Made by a program: the position numbers and the translations under genes | In this document: one piece after another, positions 12,796-22,499 of the stretch | Numbering within the stretch: the stretch's first letter is position 1 | Layout of the letters: each line of letters starts with the position of its first letter | Notes under the pieces: model-generated | What the model was told of the DNA's origin: nothing | Databases searched by the model: none | Seen by the model: only the letters and a program-made list of their open reading frames with translations | Assembly (NCBI GenBank): GCA_963575745.1 | Contig: CAUYUJ010000115.1 | Location: 620,001 to 669,721, forward strand | Source of the DNA: Prorocentrum cordatum | Lineage: Eukaryota | DNA: 49,721 bases | Direction: 5' to 3'

Positions 12796-15065
12796 ATGAG
12801 CAGCGCATCCCCGCGTTCGAAACGCCCAAAACTGACCAGCGTTGAGCCGAGCTCGCTCGACAGTTCGTCGGCCCGCCGCCACAGGCGACGCAGCCCGCCG
12901 AGCAGCCGCCCGAAAGCGCAACTCGTGGCACGAGCGAAAGCCGAGCCAGCCGAGCCAAAGCGGCCGAGGGCGCAGCTCGTTCGGCGCCAGGACAAGGACA
13001 AGGACCAGAAGGACAAGGAGGAGGAGGGGAAATCCGCGGTAGCGGAGAAGGACAAGGACCACAAGGACAAGGACCACAAGGAGAAGAACAAGGACGGCAA
13101 GAAGGAGAAGAAGGAGAGGAAGGAAACGGAGAAGGAGACATCCGCGGTAGCGGAGAAGGGCAGCAACGACAGGGAGGACAAGGACAAGAAGCAGGCGCCG
13201 CAGGAGGCGCAGCAGCGAGCGGTAAAGAGGAGGCGTCTGCCCAAGAAGGACAGGGAGCGGAAGAAGAGACTGGAGGAGGCGCCGAAGCAGGCACCGAAGG
13301 AGCGTCTGCCGAAGCTCGCGCCCAAGGGGGCCACGGAGAAATCCGCGGCAGCGGAGAAGAAGCGTCCGCCGAAGCAGGCCCCGAAGGAGCGTCCGCCGAA
13401 GCCCGCGACCAAGGGGGCCGACTCGTACTCGTCGGACTCGTACTCGTCGGACTCGGACTCGTACTCCCACTCGGACGAAGAAGCGGGCGCGGCAGCACCG
13501 GCGGCAGCGGCGAAGCCGGGCCGCGGGCCGCGCGGGGTTCCTCCGCCGCGGAGCGCCATGGCGGCAGCAGCCAGCGGCACCAGCGGCGCCGAGGAGCGCG
13601 CGCGGGGACTGCAGCAGGCAGCGGCCTCAGCCGCATCAGCCAGTCAGCCGCGCAAGCCAGCCGCACCAGCCTCAGAAGGAGCCGCGGTTGCGGCGGCGTC
13701 TCCACGCGATGGGGCCGCGGTGGCGGGGAAGCGGGGGAAGAGCAGCAGCGGCAGCAGCAGCGCCACCACCAGCAGCAGGCGCAGCACGAGCGAAGAAGCG
13801 GACGCGGCAGCACCACGTGCACAACCCGGGAGCCAACGGTCGCAAACGGAACAGGCCGCCGCTTTCGGAGTGCCCGCCCCCCCTCACCTGCGCGGGGACA
13901 GCCCCCAGCGGTCTGGACTGGGAGCTCTTGGGCTGCTTGGGCCCAACAGCAGCAGCAGCAGGCGCAGGGGCACTGGCATGCTTGGCGGCAGTGGGAGGCC
14001 ACGCAGAGTTCGGAACAGCAGAGCTCCGCGGTCGCGGAGAGCTCCGCGGTCGCGAAGGGGTCTGCTGCGCGCGACGACGTTGGCTTTGGACAGGCTCAGT
14101 GCGTGTGCGTGGACGTTGCCGAAGGGGCCAACCTCCCTGAGATCGCGAGCGACCTGCGCAACCAGGGTCCTCATATGCTCCTGGTGCGGCGCTCTACAGT
14201 AGAGCAGAGGAAAGAGCTCCAAGACATGCTGACGCAGGGCCGCGCAGAGGGCCAGGGGCGCGCAGAGGGCGAGGGGCGCGCAGAGGTGCCCTTCCTCTGC
14301 TCTGACCAAGGGCCGTTCCTACTGGCAGGGCGGGATGGGTTCGTGTCAGAGGTGGGTGTGCAGCAGTTTCTGAACCTGCCTGGCGTCGGCCAGATTACGT
14401 TCGGCGAGTTTTCTTTGGCCGTGAGTATCCAGCAGATGGTGTCCATCAAGGTGGCCGTGGTCAGTCTGACCCCAGGCGGCGATCAGCCCATCGACTCCGC
14501 GGCGGCGGACAACTGGACGAAGGTCGTGGACTGCATTGGACGGAAGTCAGTTCGATTCGTGGCTGGCCACTTCGCGGACAAGCTCGACGAGTTCCTCGTT
14601 GCGACGCGCACATTTGTGCAGGTGAGAGCGTGCGCCACTCTGCATGTCGACGCTCACGCCGAGACCCACTCGGCAACCGCTATGTTCATCGTGGGGCCTG
14701 TCGGCCGCGTGAAGGAGCGGCTGGAGGGCGGTGGCTACAGTATCACCCGTGGTGACGGGGTCGAGGCCTTGCCCGCTGCAGTCGAAAAGGCGATCGACCA
14801 CGCGCAGAGCGCGTTTGGCCAGCGTGCGTACCTGGGCGGGGAGGGGGCGGACAGATCGCGAGGCTGGCCCACCATCCAGATGTCGAAGGAGAAGCCGCCG
14901 CGCCATGTCGCAGACCACGCGAAAAAGATTGTGATCTTTTTTCGGCTCCACTGCGCCCCGCCGCACGAAAGGGAAGGGCAAGATGCGCCAGGACAATCGC
15001 GAGGTGCGCGCGGAGAAGTGGTGCCAGAAAACTGGCAAGCAGCCCGGGTGGCGCAACTCAGGTAG
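12796..15065 (+). CDS. Hypothetical protein: Lys/Glu/Ala-rich N-terminal part (12796-14202) and globular C-terminal part (14103-15065), probably one frameshifted gene
   Basis: Two long overlapping + ORFs with GC3-rich codons; the C-terminal part has an alpha/beta-like pattern (IKVAVVSL...VRFVAGHFADKL). Confidence 0.45.
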
Positions 15066-15237
15066 CGGGTAGGGCTCTGGCGCACCCGCGGTTGCGGGGG
15101 AAGTCTGATTAGGTAATTAATAACCCGCGGTCGCGGTGAAGTATGTAGCAGTCTCTGCGCAGTCGCCCGCGGTCGCGGGGCTTCGGCGGACGCGCGCGCA
15201 CAAAAAGGGGAGCAGGACAGTTAGGAGGGATTGTCCT

Positions 15238-15705
15238 AATCTTACTCCTCCTCACCACTCTTACTCGTGCTCCCACTCTTACTCTTACTCTTACTCTACT
15301 CCTCCTCACCACTCCTACTCCTACTCGTCTTTTACTCGTGCTCTTACTGTTGCTCCCGCTCTCACTCTGACTCTCGCTCTCACTCTGACTCTCACTCGTA
15401 CGCTTACTCTTACTTAAACTCTGAGGTCTACTCCTACTCTTACTCTTACTCTTACTCTTACTCTTACTCTCAATCTTGCTCTTACTCTTACTCTTACTTG
15501 TCCTCGTACTCTTACCTTTAATGTTGACTCTTACTCGTGCTCTTACTCTTACTCGTACTCTTACCTTTACGTACTCTTACTCGTACTCTTACTCTTACTC
15601 TTACTCTGACTCTTACCCGTACGCGTACTATTACTCTTAATCACTCTGAGTCTCACTCTTACTCTTTCTCTTACTCTTACTCGTACTCATACTCGTACTC
15701 TTACC
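15238..15705. repeat. (TACTCT)n hexanucleotide microsatellite
   Basis: Direct inspection. Confidence 0.9.
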
Positions 15706-15740
15706 AGAGCGCTTTTCAGCTCGAGTCTTACATACTGCAC

Positions 15741-16043
15741 ATGGCGGGCTTGTTCCCGCGAGGGGAAGCAACAATCTCACATTGCGACGATGAGGAAACG
15801 CTTGCCGCCCGAGATAGGGAGGCCTTCATTCGGGTTGCTGTTGTCGATGCTCGGACTTGTTCGTGGGCTTGGCGGATGGCGCCGCGATATCGGACCGTGT
15901 TCGGCCTCGTTCTCTCAACCCTATTTCCGGGAGGATTCGTTATTCCCGATTGGGGTCGAGTTCTGTGGCGGTGCAGAATGGCGATCACGGACCCAGATGA
16001 CGACTTCGACACAGACTGGGGGGATTACGTTGCCTCTCCCTGA
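15741..16043 (+). CDS. Small hypothetical protein (~100 aa)
   Basis: ATG at 15741; normal-complexity sequence (AWRMAPRYRTVFGLVLSTLFPGGFVIPDWGRVLW). Confidence 0.3.
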   Translation: MAGLFPRGEATISHCDDEETLAARDREAFIRVAVVDARTCSWAWRMAPRYRTVFGLVLSTLFPGGFVIPDWGRVLWRCRMAITDPDDDFDTDWGDYVASP

Positions 16044-16108
16044 GGCGGCGGCGGCGACCGACACGGCGGCGGTGGCGACGGACGATTCTGTTCTCCTCCG
16101 ACGCAGCC

Positions 16109-17476
16109 ATGTCGGCCCAAGGGCGACTTTTCGCGGGTGGCGCCAACGAGGCCCGCGCGGAGCTCGCCAGAGCCCACGACAAACGAACCAACACCCGGGG
16201 CCCCAGGGCCCGCTCGGCAAGGCGCCGTCCCTGGGCTCCGCCGCCCGACGGCTTGGCGACCTGGGCCGAGAGCCCCCAAGAAGACGCGATGGCGGAGCCA
16301 CGGCCTGCAGGACTTGGTATCCCGCCAGGGCTGGAGCCAGCCGCGGTGGCGGCAGGGGGTGGTGCTCCAGCCGCGGTGGCGGCGGGAGGCGGTGCTCAAG
16401 CCGCGGTGGCGGCGACGCGAGCAGACCTGGACGCGCTTCCCATGACGCAGCCGTTCAACAGGAACAACACCGCTCTGAAGTGGATCAGGGACACTTCAGA
16501 GAACCCTCCAGGCTTTCCAACAACGCACCAGGCCGACATCACCGAAGTGGACCCCATGGACATAGGAGTGCTCGACCGCACCTCGGGAATGGCATACAGT
16601 TTCAAGGTCGGACAGACGCAGCCATGGTCATGGCGGCAAATGTTGGCAGCCTTCAAACCAGAGGTGAAGGACAGAGTTCTGGGACCTGATCCCTCGGTGG
16701 GCGTCGCGCGCATCACGTGCGAGGCCATAGGCGGGCACGACCACAAGCGCTGGCACGCCGCGCGTGCCATGGGAAGGCCTTTCGCCGAAGGAGCTCCCGC
16801 TCCGATCTGGGACTACCGCGTGCACCGCGCGGACAACGTCGTCACCAGGTTCCACACCAGCCTCACGAACAACAAAGTGGAGGTAGCCACTGTCGACAGT
16901 GGCCTCGTCCTGCCTGGGCCGCCAAGGGCGGGGAAAGGCAAGACGGACGGCAAAGGCACGTACAAGAACAAGACGACAGGGAACTACGAGCAGTCCTACC
17001 GCGGTACTGGCTCAGGGATCCGCGGTGGCGGAGTTGGGCCAGCCCCTCAGGGGTCCGCGGTGGCGGAGTTGGGCCAGCCAGAAGCCCCCCCGCAGGCCGA
17101 CGCTTCGGGACCTCCGTCGCGCGCCGCTGCAGGAGAGGGGGCTCAGCAGGCAGCCTCGTGGGAGGCGGGGGCGGCCTGGTGGGAGGCGAAGGCGGCCTGG
17201 TGGGAGGCGAAGCAGGAGCCCGCCTCGCGCGCGGACGGTGCGTGGAGCGGCGCAGACTGGTGGAGCAGCGGGTGGAAGAGAGCGGCGGAGCAAGAGCCCG
17301 CCTGGTCCCGCGGCGGAGACTGGGAGGAGAGCGGCGGAGACTGGGAGGGCTGGGAGTGGCCCAGCAGCGGTGGCGCCAGCAGTTCCGCCGCAGGCGGGGC
17401 AGCTTCGGCAGCCGAGCCTTCCACGGAGGAGAAGGAGCAGTGGAAGAAGTGGGGGTGGCGCTCGGACTGGAAGTGA
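16109..17476 (+). CDS. Hypothetical protein, 455 aa, with globular core and Trp-rich low-complexity tail
   Basis: Uninterrupted ORF; core NTALKWIRD...PWSWRQMLAAF...HDHKRWHA...PIWDYRVHRADNVVTRFH has protein-like composition. Confidence 0.65.
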   Translation: MSAQGRLFAGGANEARAELARAHDKRTNTRGPRARSARRRPWAPPPDGLATWAESPQEDAMAEPRPAGLGIPPGLEPAAVAAGGGAPAAVAAGGGAQAAVAATRADLDALPMTQPFNRNNTALKWIRDTSENPPGFPTTHQADITEVDPMDIGVLDRTSGMAYSFKVGQTQPWSWRQMLAAFKPEVKDRVLGPDPSVGVARITCEAIGGHDHKRWHAARAMGRPFAEGAPAPIWDYRVHRADNVVTRFHTSLTNNKVEVATVDSGLVLPGPPRAGKGKTDGKGTYKNKTTGNYEQSYRGTGSGIRGGGVGPAPQGSAVAELGQPEAPPQADASGPPSRAAAGEGAQQAASWEAGAAWWEAKAAWWEAKQEPASRADGAWSGADWWSSGWKRAAEQEPAWSRGGDWEESGGDWEGWEWPSSGGASSSAAGGAASAAEPSTEEKEQWKKWGWRSDWK

Positions 17477-17802
17477 GGACGTCTGAAGTGGTGGTGGAGC
17501 ATATTCTCCGCGGTGGCGGTGTCGTAGAAGCACTCGCGGTGGCGAGGGCCGTGTCCGAGCATCCGTGCGAGGGCGTCAAGCGCGGCGCGAAAAATGCTTT
17601 GTTTCCTCTTCCTGCGCATCACTTTCTCCCCCTCCTCTTCACGTTCCTCTCTCTCGACGTGCGATTTGCATGCAGCCGCCCTCTGCCTCGACGCCCGCCT
17701 CTCCCCTCCGCGCCTCTGCCTCGACGCCCGCCTCTCCTCTCCGCGCCCCCCTTGTCCGCCGGACGGCGCCGAATTATCCTGGAAGGGCTCCGGAGGTCCC
17801 CC

Positions 17803-17952
17803 TGACAACCATCGCCTGGCGATGGTTGTCAACGTCTTGGGGTGACAAGCATCGCCTGGCGATGGTTGTCATGGGTGTTGGGGTGGCAACCATCGCCTGG
17901 CGATGGTTGTCACGGTCTTGGGGTGACAACCATCGCCTGGCGATGGTTGTCA
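17803..17952. repeat. Four copies of the 29-bp palindrome TGACAACCATCGCC-T-GGCGATGGTTGTCA separated by 11-12-bp linkers
   Basis: Copies start at 17803, 17843, 17884, 17924; linkers ACGTCTTGGGG, TGGGTGTTGGGG, CGGTCTTGGGG; copies 2 and 3 each carry one substitution. Confidence 0.95.
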
Positions 17953-18078
17953 CACGGTGTCGTTCCGTCGGCTCCCCGCGGTGGCTCGAGCTGGATCCAC
18001 GGTGGCGGAGACTCGCGACCTTTGCGCGGTTGCGGATTTCCCCGGCCGCGTCTACGCGGTTGCGGAGCAGCCTCGAAA

Positions 18079-18749
18079 ATGGCAGGGTTCGCTCTCCCAA
18101 AGTTCAAGCCCCTCGAGTTTCAGTTCGGTCAGGTTCACGTGCGCGGGGGCCACAGCGGCAAGTTTGCGCTTCTCGTCTCCAAGGTCGTTCGCTCTCCAAA
18201 CTCCTCGGTGGAGGAGAGGTTTGTGAAGTTGGCTTTCACAGACCAGTGGCTGATCGGCCTTACAACGGGCTCGACGAAGTACTCCCAGAGTTCGTTTGGG
18301 CGCACCTCGTTACTCGCCGACCTGCGTGCCCACGTGGAGAAGCTCTGCGACGGCGACGAAGCGCCGGAGGCGCCAGACGCCCAAGAGGCGGAGGTGCAGG
18401 GGGGAGACTACGACCCGATGGCCGAGATCGACCAGAACGGCGGGGCCGACACAGACCGCGCCAAGGTGGCAGGAGTGCAGGGTGTGAAGCGCACCCGCTA
18501 CTACAATAACCACGTGAAAAAAACACCGTGGTCACGGTGAGCATGCTTGAGCGGTGCCCCGAGCAGGATCCTCTCTGCCAGGAGGTCCGCAAGATCAAGC
18601 TCTTCATCGAGGATCGCAAGCAGATTTGGCTCCATTTGAACGATCTGGACTGGGCGGTGAGGTACTTATACGTGCAGAACATGCTGAAGGGCGTTCCGAT
18701 GGTTTCTCCAGACTCGGCGGGGGCAAGCGGCGCTTCAGGCGGCGCGTAG
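18079..18749 (+). CDS. Hypothetical protein (~220 aa) with a frameshift in an A7 run at ~18517
   Basis: MAGFALPKFKPLEF...EERFVKLAFTDQWL joins NTVVTVSMLERCPE...IWLHLNDLDWAVRYL across the A-run. Confidence 0.6.
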
Positions 18750-19063
18750 AGACGCCATGGTAATGGTGTTCCCTGCACTCGCAACGGTGCTCGGGAGATC
18801 AGGGGGGTCTCCGAACAGGCGAACAAGGACGGCAAGTCATTCCTAGAAAACGTCAGTGCGTGACTCAGGGTTTCAAGAATCCTGCACCCGGCTCCATGGT
18901 CATGGAGGGCTGGGGTTGCCACAAGCAGGACGTTTTAGCACGCAGTGACACATGGCTTGCCCCTTGTAGTTCCCGCGGTTACAAGCGCAGCTCGAATGCC
19001 TCGTCCGAAGCGCGCGCGATGAAAAGACGCCTCCCTTGCATCATCTTCCTCCGCCTCCTGCAG

Positions 19064-19660
19064 TGTCCACAATAGAAAAGTCGACCTGTAATTCCAAAAA
19101 CTGAATGAAACTTTTCTGTGGCTCTTTAAGGAGGCCGACGGCGGCCGGGTCACCCGAGAAAGCGTTGGGGAGTCCTGTGTTGTCCACAATGCAAAAGCCG
19201 ACCTGTAATTCCAAAAACTGAATGAAATTTTTCTGTGGCTCTTTAGGGGGGCCGACGGCGGCCGGGTCACCCGCGAAAGCGTTGGGGAGTCCTGAATTGT
19301 CCACAATGGAAAAGTCGACCTGTAAGTTCAAAAACTGAATGAAACTTTTCTGTGGCTCTTTAAGGAGGCCGACGGCGGCCGGGTCACCCGCGAAAGCGTT
19401 GGGGAGTCCTGTGTTGTCCACAATGCAAAAGCCGACCTGTCATTCCAAAAACTGAATGAAATTTTTCTGTGGCTCTTTAAGGGGGCCGACGGCGGCCGGG
19501 TCACCCGCGAAAGCGTTGGGGAGTCCTGAATTGTCCACAATGGAAAAGTCGACCTGTAAGTTCAAAAACTGAATGAAACTTTTCTGTGGCTCTTTAAGGA
19601 GGCCGACGGCGGCCGGGTCACCCGCGAAAGCGTTGGGGAGTCCTGTATCGTCCACAATGA
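19064..19660. repeat. 117-bp tandem repeat, 5 units, alternating A/B variants (234-bp higher-order unit)
   Basis: TGTCCACAAT at 19064, 19181, 19298, 19415, 19532 and variant CGTCCACAAT at 19649; GCAAAAGCCG and GGAAAAGTCG variants alternate. Confidence 0.95.
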
Positions 19661-20217
19661 GAAGTCGCGTCGAGGCTGGGCCCGCGCTAACGCAGGGCAC
19701 AACCGTCGACTGGCGCAGGCCCAGGCCAGGCGGTGGGGTGAGCGCGAGTCGGCGTCGCGGAGCCGAGCAACCTCGCCGACGCCTCCCCCAAGCCTGGCGC
19801 TGGGTCAGCCCAGCCTCGACACAACTAGCAGCCACTGCGACGCCAGTGCGCTCGCGCAGCAGGGTCGGGCGGGTGGGGAAAAACGCATCCCGCCAGCGGG
19901 ACGGCCACGCGTGAGACAAATCCCATTCACCTGCGACGAGAACGCGCTCGCGGGCGCGCAGGGTGGGGATCCGCCTCAGCCGTGAATAGCCGTCCCGCAG
20001 CATTAGAGACAAGCAAGAAGATAGCCAATAGGGGCCACGACGCTCGCGCGACTTCTCCCCGCGCTCAAATGCTGCCCAGAGCGCCCATTGGAAGTCGCGT
20101 CGAGGCTGGGCCCGCGCTAACGCAGGGCACAACCGTCGACTGGCGCAGGCCCAGGCCAGGCGGTGGGGCGAGCGCGAGTCGGCGTCGCGAAGCCGAGCAA
20201 CCTCGCCGACGCCTCCC
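19661..20217 (-). repeat. Split direct repeat (B1-A2-B2-like 3' terminus): two 127-bp copies at 19661-19787 and 20091-20217
   Basis: GAAGTCGCGTCGAGGCTGGG...CCGACGCCTCCC duplicated 430 bp apart with 2 mismatches. Confidence 0.85.
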
Positions 20218-20499
20218 GATGCATGCTCGGCGGAACGACGCCCAAGCGCGCTCTAAGCAGACCGCAGATGCCTGGTCTGCTTGACTCACGGCCTGGGCGG
20301 CCCCTGCACCGCTTCCGCGGCGATCGGCGCGTCCTGCGCGCCACGCGCCGCCGCGGAGCCCCGACCCCGATGCCTGCAGGGCGGCGCCTCGTCGGAATCG
20401 GAGTGCGCGATCTCGGCTTCTGCCGCCAGCACCATGGCTCGCGTCTTTGCGGCCGGGTACCTGTGCGCCGCCAAGCGCCGCGCCCTCGCGACCCAGGCA

Positions 20500-21640
20500 G
20501 CGCGGCCGTGCCCCCCGTCGGAATGGAGTGCCCGAACGCGGCCACAGATCTCCAACCCCCTTCGAAGAACAGCGCTGCTGGCCCCCCGGCGCGGAGTGCC
20601 TGTGTGCGAGAGACACGAACTGCGCGCGGGCCCTGGGTAGGCAGGGGACGGCAAGGGGAGCCCATGCCTGGTCGGCCCGGCCGCGCCTGAAGCAATGCGT
20701 CCCCCACTCCAATGCCCTATGGAGCCCGAGGTGGGCAGCGGCGAGCTCGACGCAAGCCAGCCCGTCCACGTAAGAGACGCCCGGCAGGAGCTGCTCGCCG
20801 GGCCGGAGCGAATGCCGAATGATGCAGACCGCACACAATCGTTTGCCCTGGAGCTGGCATACGCATACCCTCCAGACCTCGCGATGCGGGGAGCCCGGGG
20901 CGCGCCCCGCCGCGCGCGCGCGCTCGGCCCGCCGGGTCGGGAGCCACTCTCCCCTTCCGCTGGCGGAATTGCACCTGCACCTGGTGCTTTCCTTCGTCTA
21001 CGTGGAGCGAGACGGCACTATGCCCAGGCGCATTCAGCCCCACTACTTCGGAGCCGAAGCGCAAGCAGAACTGCCAGCATATGACGAAAGCGTCGGCCAT
21101 ATCGCCGCGTCCGATCTGCCAAACGCCAGGCCCGCGGGCCGGCACGCACGGCAGGCCGCTTAGTTCGAAGAGCGCGCGGCCGCGCCTCGCGCAGCCAATC
21201 CGACATCGCGCGCACGTTTTCGGCCGTGGCGCGCGCACGAAATCTTTGCGCACCAGGCGGTTCCGCCTGCCGCCGATATCATGGGCTCGCGGCCGACGCG
21301 CGCGGCGGCCGTACCTTTCGGGCACCGAATACCAGGGTCCGCGTGTCCGCCAAAGACCCTGTGTCTGCGCGGAGCAGATGCAGGACTGAGCGAATGCCCT
21401 GCAAATAGTTCGACAGGGTCCCCGGGCGGCGACAGAGCGCCACCATCATGTCCCGCGCGATGGCGCACGGCGGCCAGGGCGGGACGCCTGCCGCATCGCA
21501 CGCCTGGCCGTACAACTCCACCGCCGAGGCATACGGGTATGCCGAGAGCTTCCACGCGTGGAATTCTCGCCACAGCGCGGCCATCTGGATGCGGCGAATG
21601 CACTCCAGTCCTGCTCCTGACGCCCGCAATTCCTCGGCGC
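20500..21640 (-). pseudogene. Tyrosine recombinase (frameshifted)
   Basis: YASAVELYGQAC...GTLSNYLQGIRSVL (core-binding-like); FCLRFGSE (catalytic R); WGTHCFRRGRA (HxxR); GGWRSVAAFGHS, with H (CAC) at the expected catalytic Y position. Confidence 0.8.
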
Positions 21641-21779
21641 GCCGACGAGGTGTTCCTGGCACCCGCCGCGCGCCGATGTCCTGCCTCGCGCGCACCTCCC
21701 GCGGAATGCCGCCTTCGTTTATGAATATCGCGGGCGGAGCCTGGAGTTTCGTCAGCTGGCGGATTGCCTCTGCCAGCAT

Positions 21780-22347
21780 CGGCGGCGCTGGTACCTCCGC
21801 GCCGCGCGCGGTGCACGAGGACGGTGGCGCCGCGCGGTGGTGCCTGCCGTGCCTGCCTTGCCGCTGAGAGCAACGCGAGGGCTTCTTGAGGCGTCAAGCC
21901 CCCGCCGGGCCGGCGTTTCGCGCGCAAGCCCGGTGCCGGTGCCGGGCACTTGGCCGCTTTCTCGAGTAACGTTTCCGCCGCCTTCGCGCCCACGGGGCAG
22001 CGGGCGGCGGCCGGCCTTGCTTGCTCCGCCGGATGGGGCGGAGTGGCGCGCGCGCGCTCGACCTGGGAGAGCGATGCCGCTGCATCGTCCTCCCGGGGCC
22101 GCTTTGCCTTTTCGTGGGTCAGCTTACGCGCGTGAGTAATAAGCGTCACGGTGAAGCACTCTGACCACTCCCGGAGGCACGGGAACACTTCCCTCGCCTC
22201 CTTCGCCGTGAATCCGGACAGGTCGGGGGGATACGCCGCTCCTTCGGCTGCGAGCATGGATGTCAGACACTGCAGAGCTTCCGCGCCTACCGGATGCGAA
22301 TCATTTTCGGGCGTCCACCGCGACGCGTGTGACAAGCGCGCAAGCAT
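21780..22347 (-). CDS. Hypothetical ORF between RNase H and YR (possibly the YR N-terminal extension)
   Basis: Protein-like N-terminus MLARLSHASRWTP...EAREVFPCLREWSECFTVTLITHARK. Confidence 0.35.
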
Positions 22348-22499
22348 GGCGCCCGCGGGCCCCCTCTCGCGGCGGGCCTGGTCGTCACGCGCTCGCCGCG
22401 CAAGCCTTTGCGCCCCCTACAAATTGCCCTGTGCTACTTGCTATGCATGCCCGCGCGAATGCCAGGGCGCCGCGCGGGGCCATGGCCACGCCACTCGGG

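Noticed and set aside
12104..14002. 632-aa minus-strand ORF
   Set aside because: Antisense shadow of the GC-rich + strand ORF; low-complexity composition
14103..15065. Endonuclease/exonuclease/phosphatase (EEP) domain call
   Set aside because: VRFVAGHF only weakly resembles the GDFN motif and other catalytic motifs were not seen
17803..17952. CRISPR array (29-bp palindromic repeats)
   Set aside because: Linkers are only 11-12 bp and resemble each other; no cas genes; eukaryotic context
19064..19660. ORFs across the 117-bp array, or a structural RNA gene cluster (5S, SL RNA, tRNA)
   Set aside because: ORFs arise from the period being a multiple of 3; no spliced-leader, 5S or cloverleaf signature recognised
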